This document shows, in pieces, positions 10,465-21,300 of a stretch of DNA of 64,000 nucleotides. This stretch comes from a virus (taxonomy: Duplodnaviria; Caudoviricetes): IMG/VR virus record IMGVR_UViG_3300014205_000175, positions 32,001 to 96,000 of that record. The stretch is one strand, 5' to 3'. Each line of letters begins with the position of its first letter. Positions within the stretch are counted from its first letter, which is position 1. The translations under genes were made by a program, and so were the position numbers. Under the pieces are notes generated by a model. That model did not search any database. It was not told where the DNA came from and saw only the letters and a list, made by a program, of their open reading frames with translations.

Positions 10465-10821
10465 ATGACGACTACCGCTCAACCTGAATACATTAGCCAA
10501 TATCTGGCACCGTTGCAAGAGAACGAAATCGACCTGGTAGCTAAAGTGCGTGAGATCTTGCACTCTCATGGCCTGCATGCACAAGTGACTGCAGCTTATG
10601 ATAACCATCACCACATTCGCGAAGCCCAAGGTAAAAACGAGATTGTGCAGCGCTACTGGCTGAATCGTTACTGGAATCTACAGCTACTATCGTGCTCGCA
10701 GCCCTCGATGGAACAACGCTACTGTCTGATCCCGAACGGCAGCACTGCTGATTGGGTACGTCTGTTCAAAGCCAGCATTGCTCCGTTTTGCATGACGCAC
10801 AGTCTGCCGCGGGTGTTGTAA
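10465..10821 (+). CDS. Hypothetical protein
   Basis: 118-aa ORF; stop overlaps the next start (TAATG). Confidence 0.65.
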   Translation: MTTTAQPEYISQYLAPLQENEIDLVAKVREILHSHGLHAQVTAAYDNHHHIREAQGKNEIVQRYWLNRYWNLQLLSCSQPSMEQRYCLIPNGSTADWVRLFKASIAPFCMTHSLPRVL

Positions 10822-11489
10822 TGGCAGGGAATCGCAAACAGGCGCAAGCGTATATACTCAAGTATATCGATCGACTAGCGCCAGGTGGACATAATCTCAA
10901 GCTCTATCAGGATTTGTTCGCGGCCATGAACGATGCCGAGTTCGATCGCTATATGCAAGATCTCAAGAGCGGACGCAAGTTCTTGAGTATTGTGGCGCCT
11001 AACTTCGGGACGACGAAGATCTCGGTGCAAAACAACCTCGCGATCGCCGACGAGATCGGGCATGATTTTTTCCAGCGGCTGTGGATTGGTCCGACCGACA
11101 AACAACCCGCGTATCTGACGCCGGTCAAATATCTCGTCATCGATCTGCCGCTACGACGTCAGTCCCAGCATTTGATCAAAAAGCGCAGCATCCCGGATAA
11201 TAACCGCGTCGTCGATCAGCTCACTGCCCAACCTACCGGTCCTTCCAAAGGAGCTAAGATCTCGTACCCGGAACTACAGATCTTGGCGGCTATGAACATG
11301 GATGAGTCTTTAACTGAGATGATCAAATTCCGCGGTGGTGATAAAGGCGGGTATAATGCAATGAATGCGATGATGCTACGCTACGGTACGGCAAGTCTCA
11401 AAACCCTTAACCAATATGCTACCGGTGTAGAGTCCACGAAGACCTTGAAAGTTTTCCTCACGGCAGCCCATCTACAGAACAACCTGTGA
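10821..11489 (+). CDS. Virion RNA polymerase beta C-terminal subunit (phiKZ gp149-like)
   Basis: LPLRRQSQHLIKK...DQLTAQPTGPSKGAKISYPELQIL...EMIKFRGGD resembles the RpoB C-terminus (TQQPxxG..GG). Start MAGNRK at 10821. Confidence 0.85.
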   Translation: MAGNRKQAQAYILKYIDRLAPGGHNLKLYQDLFAAMNDAEFDRYMQDLKSGRKFLSIVAPNFGTTKISVQNNLAIADEIGHDFFQRLWIGPTDKQPAYLTPVKYLVIDLPLRRQSQHLIKKRSIPDNNRVVDQLTAQPTGPSKGAKISYPELQILAAMNMDESLTEMIKFRGGDKGGYNAMNAMMLRYGTASLKTLNQYATGVESTKTLKVFLTAAHLQNNL

Positions 11490-12217
11490 CAATGGACATA
11501 GATTACTCGGCACTATACATCGAACTTGACTGCCTGCTCGATACACGCATCTCGACACTGTTGTTAAGCTTCGGTCCTGAGGCAGTAAAAACCACACTAG
11601 CGCAAGGCTATCATACCCGTTGGGTTGATAAGTTTCCTAATATCAGTTACGATGATTTTCAAGCTGCTTACGCACAACGCGATAAACGCACCATACAGCA
11701 AGCGATCAAGACGCCTTTGACCAAGCTCATTCAGGAGTTTGTTTTAGGTACCAATGCCAACACTGCCAATACACCGTTTCACCATAACCCTAAGATCATT
11801 ATCAATATCCATCCCTATAAACTTACTCAAAATGAGATTCGAGTAGTGCGTGACGTGGTGGTGGCGCTAACCAAAGGTCAAGCTGACATTGAGATGGTGT
11901 CATTGAGTCTGGAAGAGATCACCCCGCGTTACGTCAATAATGAAATCTCACTGCTGGTAATGTACGATTACCATCTGTGGCTCGAAACACATAGTGCCAA
12001 TGATAATTTCAAAAAAGCCGCTTGTCCGCAGATCGGTTTATTTGCTCCGATGATGTTCAAAAAATATCCGGTTACTACCGAAGATAAAAAAATCATCCAA
12101 TCGCTCGACACACCCGTGTTTGATCATATCGCTCGCACTATCAGCCCATTCATCAGGGCTGTATTTTTGCCTGCTGAGAATTTCAGTCTGGCTGTCAATC
12201 CGTACAAGAAACCCTGA
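11486..12217 (+). CDS. Conserved phiKZ-like hypothetical protein
   Basis: 243-aa ORF coupled to the RNAP subunit; ELDCLLDTR motif. Confidence 0.65.
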   Translation: MTMDIDYSALYIELDCLLDTRISTLLLSFGPEAVKTTLAQGYHTRWVDKFPNISYDDFQAAYAQRDKRTIQQAIKTPLTKLIQEFVLGTNANTANTPFHHNPKIIINIHPYKLTQNEIRVVRDVVVALTKGQADIEMVSLSLEEITPRYVNNEISLLVMYDYHLWLETHSANDNFKKAACPQIGLFAPMMFKKYPVTTEDKKIIQSLDTPVFDHIARTISPFIRAVFLPAENFSLAVNPYKKP

Positions 12218-12246
12218 CACCGGAATACACCGGTGTCAGGATTCTG

Positions 12247-12627
12247 TCAGCCCATTCTGTTCATGAATTCTTCATAGGAGCCAGTTTCAACGCCGATATC
12301 GGTCTCCCCTTCGACAGGATTATCGCGTGCGATTGTGGTGTCGATGCGCGGTGTAGTACCCGGCACAGCTGGATTGGTCGATATGCGCAGCATCACGTTA
12401 GCGACCATGTCCTGCATCGCCGCTTGGTTCTTGTTAGCGGTCTCATCTAGCTTCAACCGTGCTTTACCAAGAATCGTGCGATCCATACCGTCCATCGCTT
12501 TAACTAAAAATTCTCTATCTTCTTTATCCCCTGGAATACGACCATTTTGGAAGAGTTGATCGACGATTTGTTCTCGCACCATCAACGTTTTATTGAGCAT
12601 CCTTTGTTCATCAGGATCGAGCGCCAT
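12247..12627 (-). CDS. Conserved hypothetical protein
   Basis: 126-aa ORF with GGAG RBS; hairpin at 12213-12240 separates it from the convergent gene. Confidence 0.65.
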   Translation of the reverse strand: MALDPDEQRMLNKTLMVREQIVDQLFQNGRIPGDKEDREFLVKAMDGMDRTILGKARLKLDETANKNQAAMQDMVANVMLRISTNPAVPGTTPRIDTTIARDNPVEGETDIGVETGSYEEFMNRMG

Positions 12628-12667
12628 CTTGAAAAATCTCCGGTTGTGTTTGAAAAAGTCTTAATCT

Positions 12668-12682
12668 CATATATAGTACGTG
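12668..12682 (+). promoter_or_regulatory. Early-promoter-like motif CATATATAGTACGTG
   Basis: Intergenic copy of the 15-bp motif upstream of 12706. Confidence 0.65.
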
Positions 12683-12705
12683 GTCACATCGCTGTGAGGT
12701 TTTAT

Positions 12706-13182
12706 ATGTTTGGGTGGTTTAAAAAATCAAAACCTGTTCCAGATCCATGGGATGTAGCTATTCGCGATCTCGATAGTATGGACATGTTTGTTTTTCTCGG
12801 TGTCTATCGTTCGATCTATAGTGTAGAAACCTTGTCGGTAGTCTACCCGACTATTGTTGAATACACTCAGGCGTTGAAAAAGATTAATCACTATTTTGCC
12901 AGTGAACGCGTACTACCTGCATCAGAATACGTTCTAGAGCCTACTATAGCCGCTGTAAGCGATTTTTTCACTGACGGTCATGGTAACTATATCCAACCCA
13001 GAAAAGCAGCAGAGGAGTGGTCTAATCAAGTCAAGGAGTTTATCTCTCATATTCGGAAAGTGAATGATTCTTCCATCCACATTCGCAATAAGAACGTTAC
13101 GAGCCGTCTGGCCGGTAACATTATCAACACCATCTCTTCATTGAATAACCTTGCTAACATCACGGATAATTTTATTGTGTGA
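12706..13182 (+). CDS. Hypothetical protein
   Basis: GAGG RBS before MFGWFKK. Confidence 0.6.
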   Translation: MFGWFKKSKPVPDPWDVAIRDLDSMDMFVFLGVYRSIYSVETLSVVYPTIVEYTQALKKINHYFASERVLPASEYVLEPTIAAVSDFFTDGHGNYIQPRKAAEEWSNQVKEFISHIRKVNDSSIHIRNKNVTSRLAGNIINTISSLNNLANITDNFIV

Positions 13183-13223
13183 GGTGTATCCGATGACGAG
13201 GTGATATTAGAAAAGGACTTGTC

Positions 13224-13592
13224 ATGTCTAAAGACACACGACCGTTCGACGATATCATCACGACAGGCACTAGCGATAGTGTGCTAGCTTCCCTTTATCG
13301 ATCGATTTTGCATGACCTACAGATTAAACTGTATCGTTTCGATCAACTACTGGTGAACTACGTAGCTGTCATGCACCGGTCAGCTACCAACATTAAAGAC
13401 CGCACTTCGGTGAAGTCTAATCTCTACAAGGAGTTGCTGAAAAGTAAAATCACCTTCAAAGTGTTCATGAAAGGCTTGCGTGTTTTGAATATCAAGAAAT
13501 TCGATCTGGTAGTACGCCTGCACCACGCCAATGGCACTATTACTACCCATGAAAAAAGCGTTGTGTTAGAAGAAGACGATACGGAGGTATAG
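13224..13592 (+). CDS. Conserved phiKZ-like hypothetical protein
   Basis: 122-aa ORF with AAGGA RBS; KITFKVFMKGLRVL motif. Confidence 0.65.
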   Translation: MSKDTRPFDDIITTGTSDSVLASLYRSILHDLQIKLYRFDQLLVNYVAVMHRSATNIKDRTSVKSNLYKELLKSKITFKVFMKGLRVLNIKKFDLVVRLHHANGTITTHEKSVVLEEDDTEV

Positions 13593-13593
13593 T

Positions 13594-14085
13594 TTGAATA
13601 CACGTGATATAATTCTTCGCTCCGATGTGCTAACGGTAGACGAGCTCAAGCGTCTATTGGAGATAGTCAAAAATGCTGTCAACAACCAAGCCGCAGTTTA
13701 CCTGCAGCCTGAGATCGAACAGCACATCAAAACGTTCCTGGGTGAGATCATTAGCAACACCTGTTTTTATCAGGTGGTGTTAGAGAAACCGATCATGGAA
13801 CTAGTTGAACGTATCGCTAGCGATCGAGACATTTGTGAATTTGTATTATCGATCACTACTCTCGTCAGTCAGTGGATGGCTAGCGAAGATTTTCAGCACG
13901 CTCGCGTTATCAAGACCATCGCCAACAGCCTTGAATACAGCCAGTCGAATTATGGTGAGCTTACGCTGTTGCCGCAACAGATTCAAGATTCTATCCGGTT
14001 GGAGTCTGGCTGGGTAGATAGCTTGTTAGAACAAAACCTATGGTTAGTCGTTTTGTATTTGTACAATCTTGCCTCTAAGGAATAA
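13594..14085 (+). CDS. Hypothetical protein
   Basis: 163-aa ORF, TTG start with GGAGG RBS, in operon. Confidence 0.6.
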   Translation: MNTRDIILRSDVLTVDELKRLLEIVKNAVNNQAAVYLQPEIEQHIKTFLGEIISNTCFYQVVLEKPIMELVERIASDRDICEFVLSITTLVSQWMASEDFQHARVIKTIANSLEYSQSNYGELTLLPQQIQDSIRLESGWVDSLLEQNLWLVVLYLYNLASKE

Positions 14086-14090
14086 TCACT

Positions 14091-14864
14091 ATGAACTTCA
14101 CGCCGAAGCCCGAAACCCTGCTGTCGAAAAAACTCGCCGGTATCCGCAACAGTGTCCGTAGCACGGGGCGCTCTGATCGCAACCAAGATCGCTCCTATCG
14201 CGATCCGAAACCTTCGCCGATGTCCTGGATTCAAGACGGTATCGACCATATCAACATCTGGGAATATGGTGCAACCGAAATTGGTAAAGTGCTAGCACAT
14301 AACACTACGCTGCCTTTCCACCATCACATCTTCGGCAATTTTAACTGCATGGAAGCGTTCTGGCACTACATCTCCAGTGTCGAACACGATGACCGCATCC
14401 GCACCATGCGCGGGCGTTCACTCTATGAATTCTCGAAGAAGCTCACGAAGCTACAGGTGCCGAACTTTTGCGCGATCATCATCGACGCTAACTGGCAAAA
14501 GATCAAACGCTATCCTGAAATTCAGGAAGCTCTGATCGAGAGCACGCTGCCCTTTGACTGCTACTATACGCAGCGCAAGGCAGCCGGTATTCGTATCCGT
14601 ACGCCTTACGCATCGTGGTTGATTGATGGCTTCGAAGAGATCCGTCGTGCACTCAAAGAAGAGCGCGAACCGAATCTCACGAAGTTCCGCGATCCTAGCA
14701 ACGTAACGGAAGACATCTATGCGCAGCTGATGACTCTCATTACTAGCCATCAGACACGAGAGATTCATAAACCCGTGGAAGTAGTCGAGTCTTCCAAGGT
14801 CAGCGCTTTGCTGCGACAAAACAACGAAGAGCAAGTTGTCAACGAAACTTGTGTGGTTGAGTAA
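14091..14864 (+). CDS. Conserved jumbo-phage protein, possibly NADAR-like
   Basis: DGIDHINIW...IGKVLAH...PF...FGNFNCMEAFWHY pattern. Confidence 0.5.
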   Translation: MNFTPKPETLLSKKLAGIRNSVRSTGRSDRNQDRSYRDPKPSPMSWIQDGIDHINIWEYGATEIGKVLAHNTTLPFHHHIFGNFNCMEAFWHYISSVEHDDRIRTMRGRSLYEFSKKLTKLQVPNFCAIIIDANWQKIKRYPEIQEALIESTLPFDCYYTQRKAAGIRIRTPYASWLIDGFEEIRRALKEEREPNLTKFRDPSNVTEDIYAQLMTLITSHQTREIHKPVEVVESSKVSALLRQNNEEQVVNETCVVE

Positions 14865-14884
14865 TTTACTCCGGGTGCGAAAGG

Positions 14885-14921
14885 ACTACCTTCCCTAAAT
14901 GGGGAAGGTAGTTTTTTTTTT
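14885..14921 (+). terminator. Intrinsic terminator
   Basis: ACTACCTTCCC/GGGAAGGTAGT 11-bp stem plus T-run. Confidence 0.8.
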
Positions 14922-14955
14922 CGTTGCATCCAGTGGATAATTAGGAGCTCTCAAT

Positions 14956-16008
14956 ATGGCCATACCCAGTAAGCGCTTTGAATTTATCGACGATGAGAAC
15001 AAGATCGTTATTACAGATTTTAATAACGTTACTTCCAACGCTATATATAACTTCCCTCACGTGGAAGCTGATAGTTTCGAAGAGTTTTTTCGTCAGCTAG
15101 CTAATAGGAACGATGATGATGAGGAAGTAGTCCCGGTGATACCACCAGACCCCCCAGTAGACCCCGAGATACTGCCATATATCTCACTTGAGGCATTATA
15201 TCAGTTCTTTAATATGGAGCTTAACAACTTCCCTGTCGCCTATTTTAGTCCGGTATTCGATGGTAGTGCCTCGCGCGATCGGGTAGCCGAAACAATCGTC
15301 AGAGGGTTATTTCCTGTCGGCGGTCTTGACTCAGGCGATCCTGTTGATGAGGCTGAATTCACGGCTAAACACAGCCATAAAATCGAGATTCTCAAATACC
15401 TCATTCCTGCATTCCCGTCAGCACCAGTACCTCTCGATCTAAATAGCCCTAATTTGATGCACTACACTATTACCATGAGTAGCCTGCATAGTAATTATAA
15501 TGCAGAATTTAAAGCTTTTGTTATTAGTAACGGTGAAATCATCACTTACCAGATATTGTTTCATGTGTGGCGACCTATTATTGCTGCTGGTTACAGTTAC
15601 GGGTTCTATGGCCTATTAAACCACATGCTCACGGAGTTACCGGTAGCTGGTCAGTTGTATGTGGATATATCTTATTACACGCTTAAGGAGTACGGTCACG
15701 ATTCGTTGACGATGCTCGATATTGCTTCAGCAACGAATATCTCGCTCCTGGGTGCGTTATTTGTCCCATTGGGACCAGAGGTAATGGTTAAATTTACGCT
15801 CCCTCCACGGTTAAAACTAGCCGACTATATGGATTATTATGATATGGTCGATAAAGCGATGCAACGACTTAAGATCAAAAACACTTTTTTCGATGAGTCG
15901 CCTGACTTTACCCTATTGCAAGCTACTGCCTTAGTGCAAAAAATGGAGTCATTTGGTCAGCAGTCCCAACAGCTTTTACCCGATAGCGCCTACGCTATGC
16001 TGCTTTAA
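14956..16008 (+). CDS. Hypothetical (possibly virion) protein
   Basis: 350-aa ORF with AGGAG RBS and an acidic/proline linker. Confidence 0.6.
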   Translation: MAIPSKRFEFIDDENKIVITDFNNVTSNAIYNFPHVEADSFEEFFRQLANRNDDDEEVVPVIPPDPPVDPEILPYISLEALYQFFNMELNNFPVAYFSPVFDGSASRDRVAETIVRGLFPVGGLDSGDPVDEAEFTAKHSHKIEILKYLIPAFPSAPVPLDLNSPNLMHYTITMSSLHSNYNAEFKAFVISNGEIITYQILFHVWRPIIAAGYSYGFYGLLNHMLTELPVAGQLYVDISYYTLKEYGHDSLTMLDIASATNISLLGALFVPLGPEVMVKFTLPPRLKLADYMDYYDMVDKAMQRLKIKNTFFDESPDFTLLQATALVQKMESFGQQSQQLLPDSAYAMLL

Positions 16009-16013
16009 CACAC

Positions 16014-16058
16014 ATGCGTATAAGGGGGGTGGCAGCTAGCCACCCCCCTTATACGCAT
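16014..16058. terminator. 20-bp perfect hairpin between convergent genes
   Basis: ATGCGTATAAGGGGGGTGGC-AGCTA-GCCACCCCCCTTATACGCAT. Confidence 0.75.
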
Positions 16059-16066
16059 AATGATTG

Positions 16067-18256
16067 CTATCTGTTAGGACCCGTAACAACATCGGAACCA
16101 CGTGAGCCCAGTTCCAATGCATTCATGCCTACTCCTAGTGGTGTATAAGACAATACCCCGGAAGTGGCCGAATCATGAATCGCCGAAGCCCAGTATGCCG
16201 ATGATGAATATTTACTTGCCTGCGTATACATGCGTGCTGCTTGCAAACGTGCTTTCGGTAGCGGGTAGATCTGGTTGTAGATATCTAAGCCTGCTACTAC
16301 CGCCATATAGTCCATTAGGATATTATCCTCATCCATCATCGGTAGAGTGTTACCGGCTGCCTGACTGATGAACTCCCAGATCGTACCGGTACCCATCGGC
16401 ATATGCATGATTGACGATAGATCGACAACGCTAAAAGTCACATCAACTGCCATCGGTTGACCCTTACGGTTAAAGGTCAGATTACTCGTACCGCGTGTGA
16501 TGCTAAGGGACTCAACCATGCCGAGCTGGATCTGACAGCGACCACGGTCGTAGACCTGACATAAGAATGGTGCACCATAAGTCTGTTTACCGGTAGAACG
16601 CGGTAACACCGATGCTAGTAACATGCAAAACGGGATATAGATGTTTTGTAGCTGCGAAAATGGATGCCCGTAGGGAGCTACGAGCTGAATAGTGTAGTTG
16701 GCACGCGGTAGGGTGGCAGTAGAGCTTTGCCACGTCTTAGGGATGTCGTAGTAACTACCGGCGAGTAAGGCGTGTAATCCATCGCTAAACCCTAGCGTCA
16801 AGCCACTTGCGGCACCTGCGACTATGTCTTTGATGCCAGTTACCCCGGCTTCCAAAGCATTGGCGATCAGACCGTCACCCAAATTACCACCGGCAAATGT
16901 AAAACTCATCTGACGCGCAGTACTCGATGACTGGTTGAGCTTTTGTGATAAATCGCTTTCCATCACTGAGTTACTAAAAGACTCTGAAGCCGCGCCGGTA
17001 CTGTCTACTTTAAATACCGCGAATGCCCCACCTTGTGAGAGCTCAGCATCAAGATAGGTAATGAGTTCTTCAGCCCACGATGGATTGGGGTTACTGCCAT
17101 CTTCTTGTGTGCCAGCGCGATGTTGTCCGGTGACAGGATCGATTTTTGGTGTTACTGAGGTGAGGGTGCGATCTGAATCATTCGGGATATTGAACCACGA
17201 CTGCAATTTACTGACTTCAGCGAGGATCGAGATCAGTGTGTGGTTGCCTTCGGGAGTGACGAAAATAGTGGTTTTACCAGTAGCGCCCTCGTTACGCACG
17301 TAACCCTCAAATGAACTGGGATCTCCGCTATTGAGCTGTTCATACTCTTTGAGAAACACCTGGTTAGCCATACGCTGTGCTTTGAGTGCTACGGCATAGA
17401 TATCGACACGTCCTTGTTCATTGAATATTTCAGGAAACCGTGCATGCATGTCATTGATAAAACCAGCATCGAAATTAAACGGATCGCCGATACGTTGTGT
17501 ACTTTGATCGCCGCCAGGGAACTTGGGCATCAAGCCTCGGTTGATTACAAGTGAGTTGACCAACATGTCGACGGCTGCCCAGTATAGAAACATCGTCGGT
17601 TTCATAGTGTAGAACTTACTTGTAGCGCGCGAGAAAAATTTACTGATGATGCGAGCACCGACTACCGCTGTAGTTAAGACCGGAAATGCCACTGCAGTAA
17701 ACACCGTACCGACGATTTGCCCGGCAGTATAAGCCCAGCCCTTAGCTTGACCAGTGTTGACAAGACTTGCCATACCAGGATTAAAAGCGTTGGTGAAAAA
17801 TGAGAACAGGGAATTATACTGCGGTACACCGAATCGTAGATATACGGTCTGAGCATTATCATCGATCGCTTCGCTATAGTAACGCCCCATACCGTGATTG
17901 CCCGTAGTGGCTCCGACGGTGACATCGGCGCGTCCTGCATAACGTCCTTTGATACGTACATCAGCATACCGGTTAAACTGTGGTCTGGCGTTTACTGCCG
18001 TGTTACCACCCATACGGGTATCAGTGAACTTGCGTGCAGCGCTAGACCAGTAACGGTTGGCGATGTCGTCTTGTACGTCAGAGGCGATTTGCTCGTTCTC
18101 TTCAGTGTGTGCAAGAGATGAATCTGACATCAAAAATGACATCTTAGCCCAGCTATTGTCAAGGATAGTGAAACTATCGCCAGTTGATGACTGTGTATTC
18201 ACACCTACTAGTGGACCTGCTGCGGTTTCGATTAGACGAGGATCTGCTGTAACCAT
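16067..18256 (-). CDS. Tail/baseplate hub protein (phiKZ gp182-like)
   Basis: 729 aa directly downstream of the tape-measure gene. FTDTRMGGNTAVNARPQF and GMVESLSITRG...PMAVDVTFSVVDL tube-like motifs. Confidence 0.7.
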   Translation of the reverse strand: MVTADPRLIETAAGPLVGVNTQSSTGDSFTILDNSWAKMSFLMSDSSLAHTEENEQIASDVQDDIANRYWSSAARKFTDTRMGGNTAVNARPQFNRYADVRIKGRYAGRADVTVGATTGNHGMGRYYSEAIDDNAQTVYLRFGVPQYNSLFSFFTNAFNPGMASLVNTGQAKGWAYTAGQIVGTVFTAVAFPVLTTAVVGARIISKFFSRATSKFYTMKPTMFLYWAAVDMLVNSLVINRGLMPKFPGGDQSTQRIGDPFNFDAGFINDMHARFPEIFNEQGRVDIYAVALKAQRMANQVFLKEYEQLNSGDPSSFEGYVRNEGATGKTTIFVTPEGNHTLISILAEVSKLQSWFNIPNDSDRTLTSVTPKIDPVTGQHRAGTQEDGSNPNPSWAEELITYLDAELSQGGAFAVFKVDSTGAASESFSNSVMESDLSQKLNQSSSTARQMSFTFAGGNLGDGLIANALEAGVTGIKDIVAGAASGLTLGFSDGLHALLAGSYYDIPKTWQSSTATLPRANYTIQLVAPYGHPFSQLQNIYIPFCMLLASVLPRSTGKQTYGAPFLCQVYDRGRCQIQLGMVESLSITRGTSNLTFNRKGQPMAVDVTFSVVDLSSIMHMPMGTGTIWEFISQAAGNTLPMMDEDNILMDYMAVVAGLDIYNQIYPLPKARLQAARMYTQASKYSSSAYWASAIHDSATSGVLSYTPLGVGMNALELGSRGSDVVTGPNR

Positions 18257-18335
18257 TGTAAAATCTCCTATATACTTTCAGAGGATATCCCCACCCCAGA
18301 CCTTCTTACGAGGGTCTGGGGTGGAGGTTAGAATA

Positions 18336-21300
18336 TTAAATCACTTTACGATTGAGGCTGATCGGTAATTTATCCATCTGCGATGTTTTCAGTCGTGATG
18401 CCGGTGCCTGTGATGCTGGGGCAGTTTCACTAGGCATGGCTGATTTTAGCGCGGTAACGATCTCAGCGAATTTCTCGGCACTGATGTTACCCGAAATAGT
18501 CGTTAGCACTTGCAGCATCTGTTCTTGCAGGCTTACTGATTTACCCATTAGAGTTTCCACTCCGCTGAGTTGCTTGAGCATATCGGTGGCATTATAACGA
18601 CTACCGTTATCGATAGGAGTAACATTACTAGCAGTACGTGGTGCAGTAGGTACATTAAATGACGGTTGAGCGGCGGTTACCGCTGCCGGCTGACTACTAT
18701 TAGCCATCGCTGTACCGATAGCTGCTAGCGGACTACTAGCGCCAGTGGTACTGGTATCTTTGACTGGATTCGCTACCGCGACAGCATCAGAAGAAGCTGA
18801 TATAGGAGGTAGTCCGCTATCATTAGCCGCAGGAGCACCGATGTTAAACTCATTAGCTTTACTGGTAACCTTACCATCCAGATGAGCTAGTAGTTCTTCG
18901 ATTGTGCGCGGCTGATTATTGTTATAGAAAATTGGTGTATTGCTACGTGCTGCTTTGGGTAGCAACTCAGCAGCGATAGTGTCTGGACTGGCCGAGAGAA
19001 GCTTTTTCGCTCCCGATGGTCCTAGCATATGCGCTGCGTATAGTTCGACTGCCGATGCGTTAGGAGCTACATCGGATATTAAACGGGCATTAGCTTTCAT
19101 ATATTCAGCTGCCATCAGAGCATTAGCAACTGGATCGTTTTTCGACGTATTAGGTCCTAAGCCATATTGCCGACCGTGTTTACCGAGCATGTATTGCCAG
19201 GTCTTATCGACAAACTGAAATAGTCCGCCTGCAGAGCTTTGACTGCTGCGTGCAGTAGCTTTGAAGCCTGATTCGATTGCAGCGAACGTTTGCAGTGTAG
19301 TAGGATCGACTCCGGCGATCTGAGCGACTTGCTGCACCATGCGTTTGATCGCATCGGGGGATTTATAATTACCCGTAGATAGATCACGAATCGCATCCAT
19401 CGTACCGGGCTGAGCACCGAAACCAGCTTTACCGGCGACATCATTGATACCGTATTGGCCACGAATGTTAGCACTGGAGCTCACTGTAGCTTCACCTATG
19501 CTCACGATCCTGTCATCAACACCCATCGTGCGAGCAGTATTACCAGCCGTGCGTGCTGCGCCACGTGACGAGTTCAACCCACCATTACCGATGTCACGCG
19601 CCATACCTGCTGCGGCAGCACCGATGCTGGAAGTAGGCGTACTCATAGCAGGCTTAGCATCATTGGCTGCTGAAGGATACTTACCACCGGCAGCTAACGC
19701 TGGAGATGAGGCAGGTTTACCAAATGCATCAGGATCAAAGCCTTTGGTAGTGTAACTAACCTGCTCGGTTTTAGCTGGCGGTGCAACCTTACCTTTGCTG
19801 CCTTCCGGTGTCACCCCTTCGCTACTCAGAGCTATTTGAGTACTTGAAGGCGTGGGTTTCGAAGTGCTGCCGCTAGCGAGTATTTGCTGGGCAACTGCAT
19901 CATTACGTCGATATTTAACCGCACCGGGTTGTGCGCCATATCCTCCACCACCTCGATGCGCTGAAGCGAGTACTAGCTCACTGGCTAGTTGCGGGTTTTG
20001 ACGAACTGCGGTGAGTTTACCTTGAATGCCAGCTGGTTCGACATGCCAAGGTTCACCACCCACAGGTCGAGTAAAGCCGTATTTTTTCATTAATCCGAGC
20101 TGATCGAGTGCTGCAGCATCGGTGCTATTGATATCTACCGCGAGACCCGATTCATGTAGCGATCGTCCCGGCGGGGCAGCTTTACTAGGATTGGCGGCAT
20201 GCAGTGCAGCTTGTTTCTCATACGAGCGATAACCAGAGTTGACTTGAATCTTTTTCCCTGACATTTCGCCGTACTCTTGTGCCATCGCTTTGAAGCGCTG
20301 TAGCATCGTCGGATTGATTCCCTGTAGCTCTACACCACTACCAAGTTTTATGTAATTACCACCGCTCTCTCCACTACAGAGCTCGGGTGAAATAACACTC
20401 GTATTCTTTTGGAAAGCTTCATTATTAAGAATAGCTGGCTGAGATGCTTGAGCCAGTGGAGTTTTACTTGTACCGAGGATCTTATCGGCTGAAGATTGTA
20501 CCGAGGGTTGTGCGCTACCAGCTACTAATGAATCAGGCTCTTTAGAGGGAGCTACAGATGTTATTTCACCCACAGGCTTCGATGCAGCAGTAGCGATCGT
20601 AGTGGGTCGTTTCTGATATCTGGCTGGAGGCAAAGTCGCACGGGCGCGCGTTACGGCATCCAGATAATCGGCACGGCTGGCAGAGAGCAAATCTACTCCG
20701 GCAAACGGGCTTTCTTTGGTTTGATAAATATCATCAGGGACATCCAGAAGTGAGACGTACTTCTCGAAATTCTCGCTTTTGAGATTCGAGATCGACATTA
20801 GCGTCAAACGCGGATTGGTTGCCCACAAGGCATTACGGTTTTTTACATATGTCGGTATAAAGCGCTTGGACAACCATACAGCTAGTGTCTGGGCTTTAGC
20901 TAGACCAGTAGGAGTCTCGGGATCGACATCAAAGATCTCATAGACCACCTGCATTTCTATACGGTTATCCGAGACCGTAAAACCGTCGTTTTTAAAGACT
21001 TCGACTTTTTTCTGTATATAGTCTTCTAGTTTGAAGATCTGTTGATAGCGATCGTTCTCATCGCCATAGGACGGCAACCCATACTGGGCTAGGCGAATAT
21101 AGTCCAAGCGGCTAACATTTCGATCTTTGAAATACCGATATAATGCATAGACCGGATTAGCTTTGAGAGCTGTGATACCCATGCTTTTAAATAGATCTGC
21201 TGCCCGTCCGAGTACCGAAGAAGCTACGGCAGACTGGATCGTGCTAGGTAGGCCTGATTTTTCCACGGATGGCTTACCTCCTTCATCATTCTTAGAGGTA

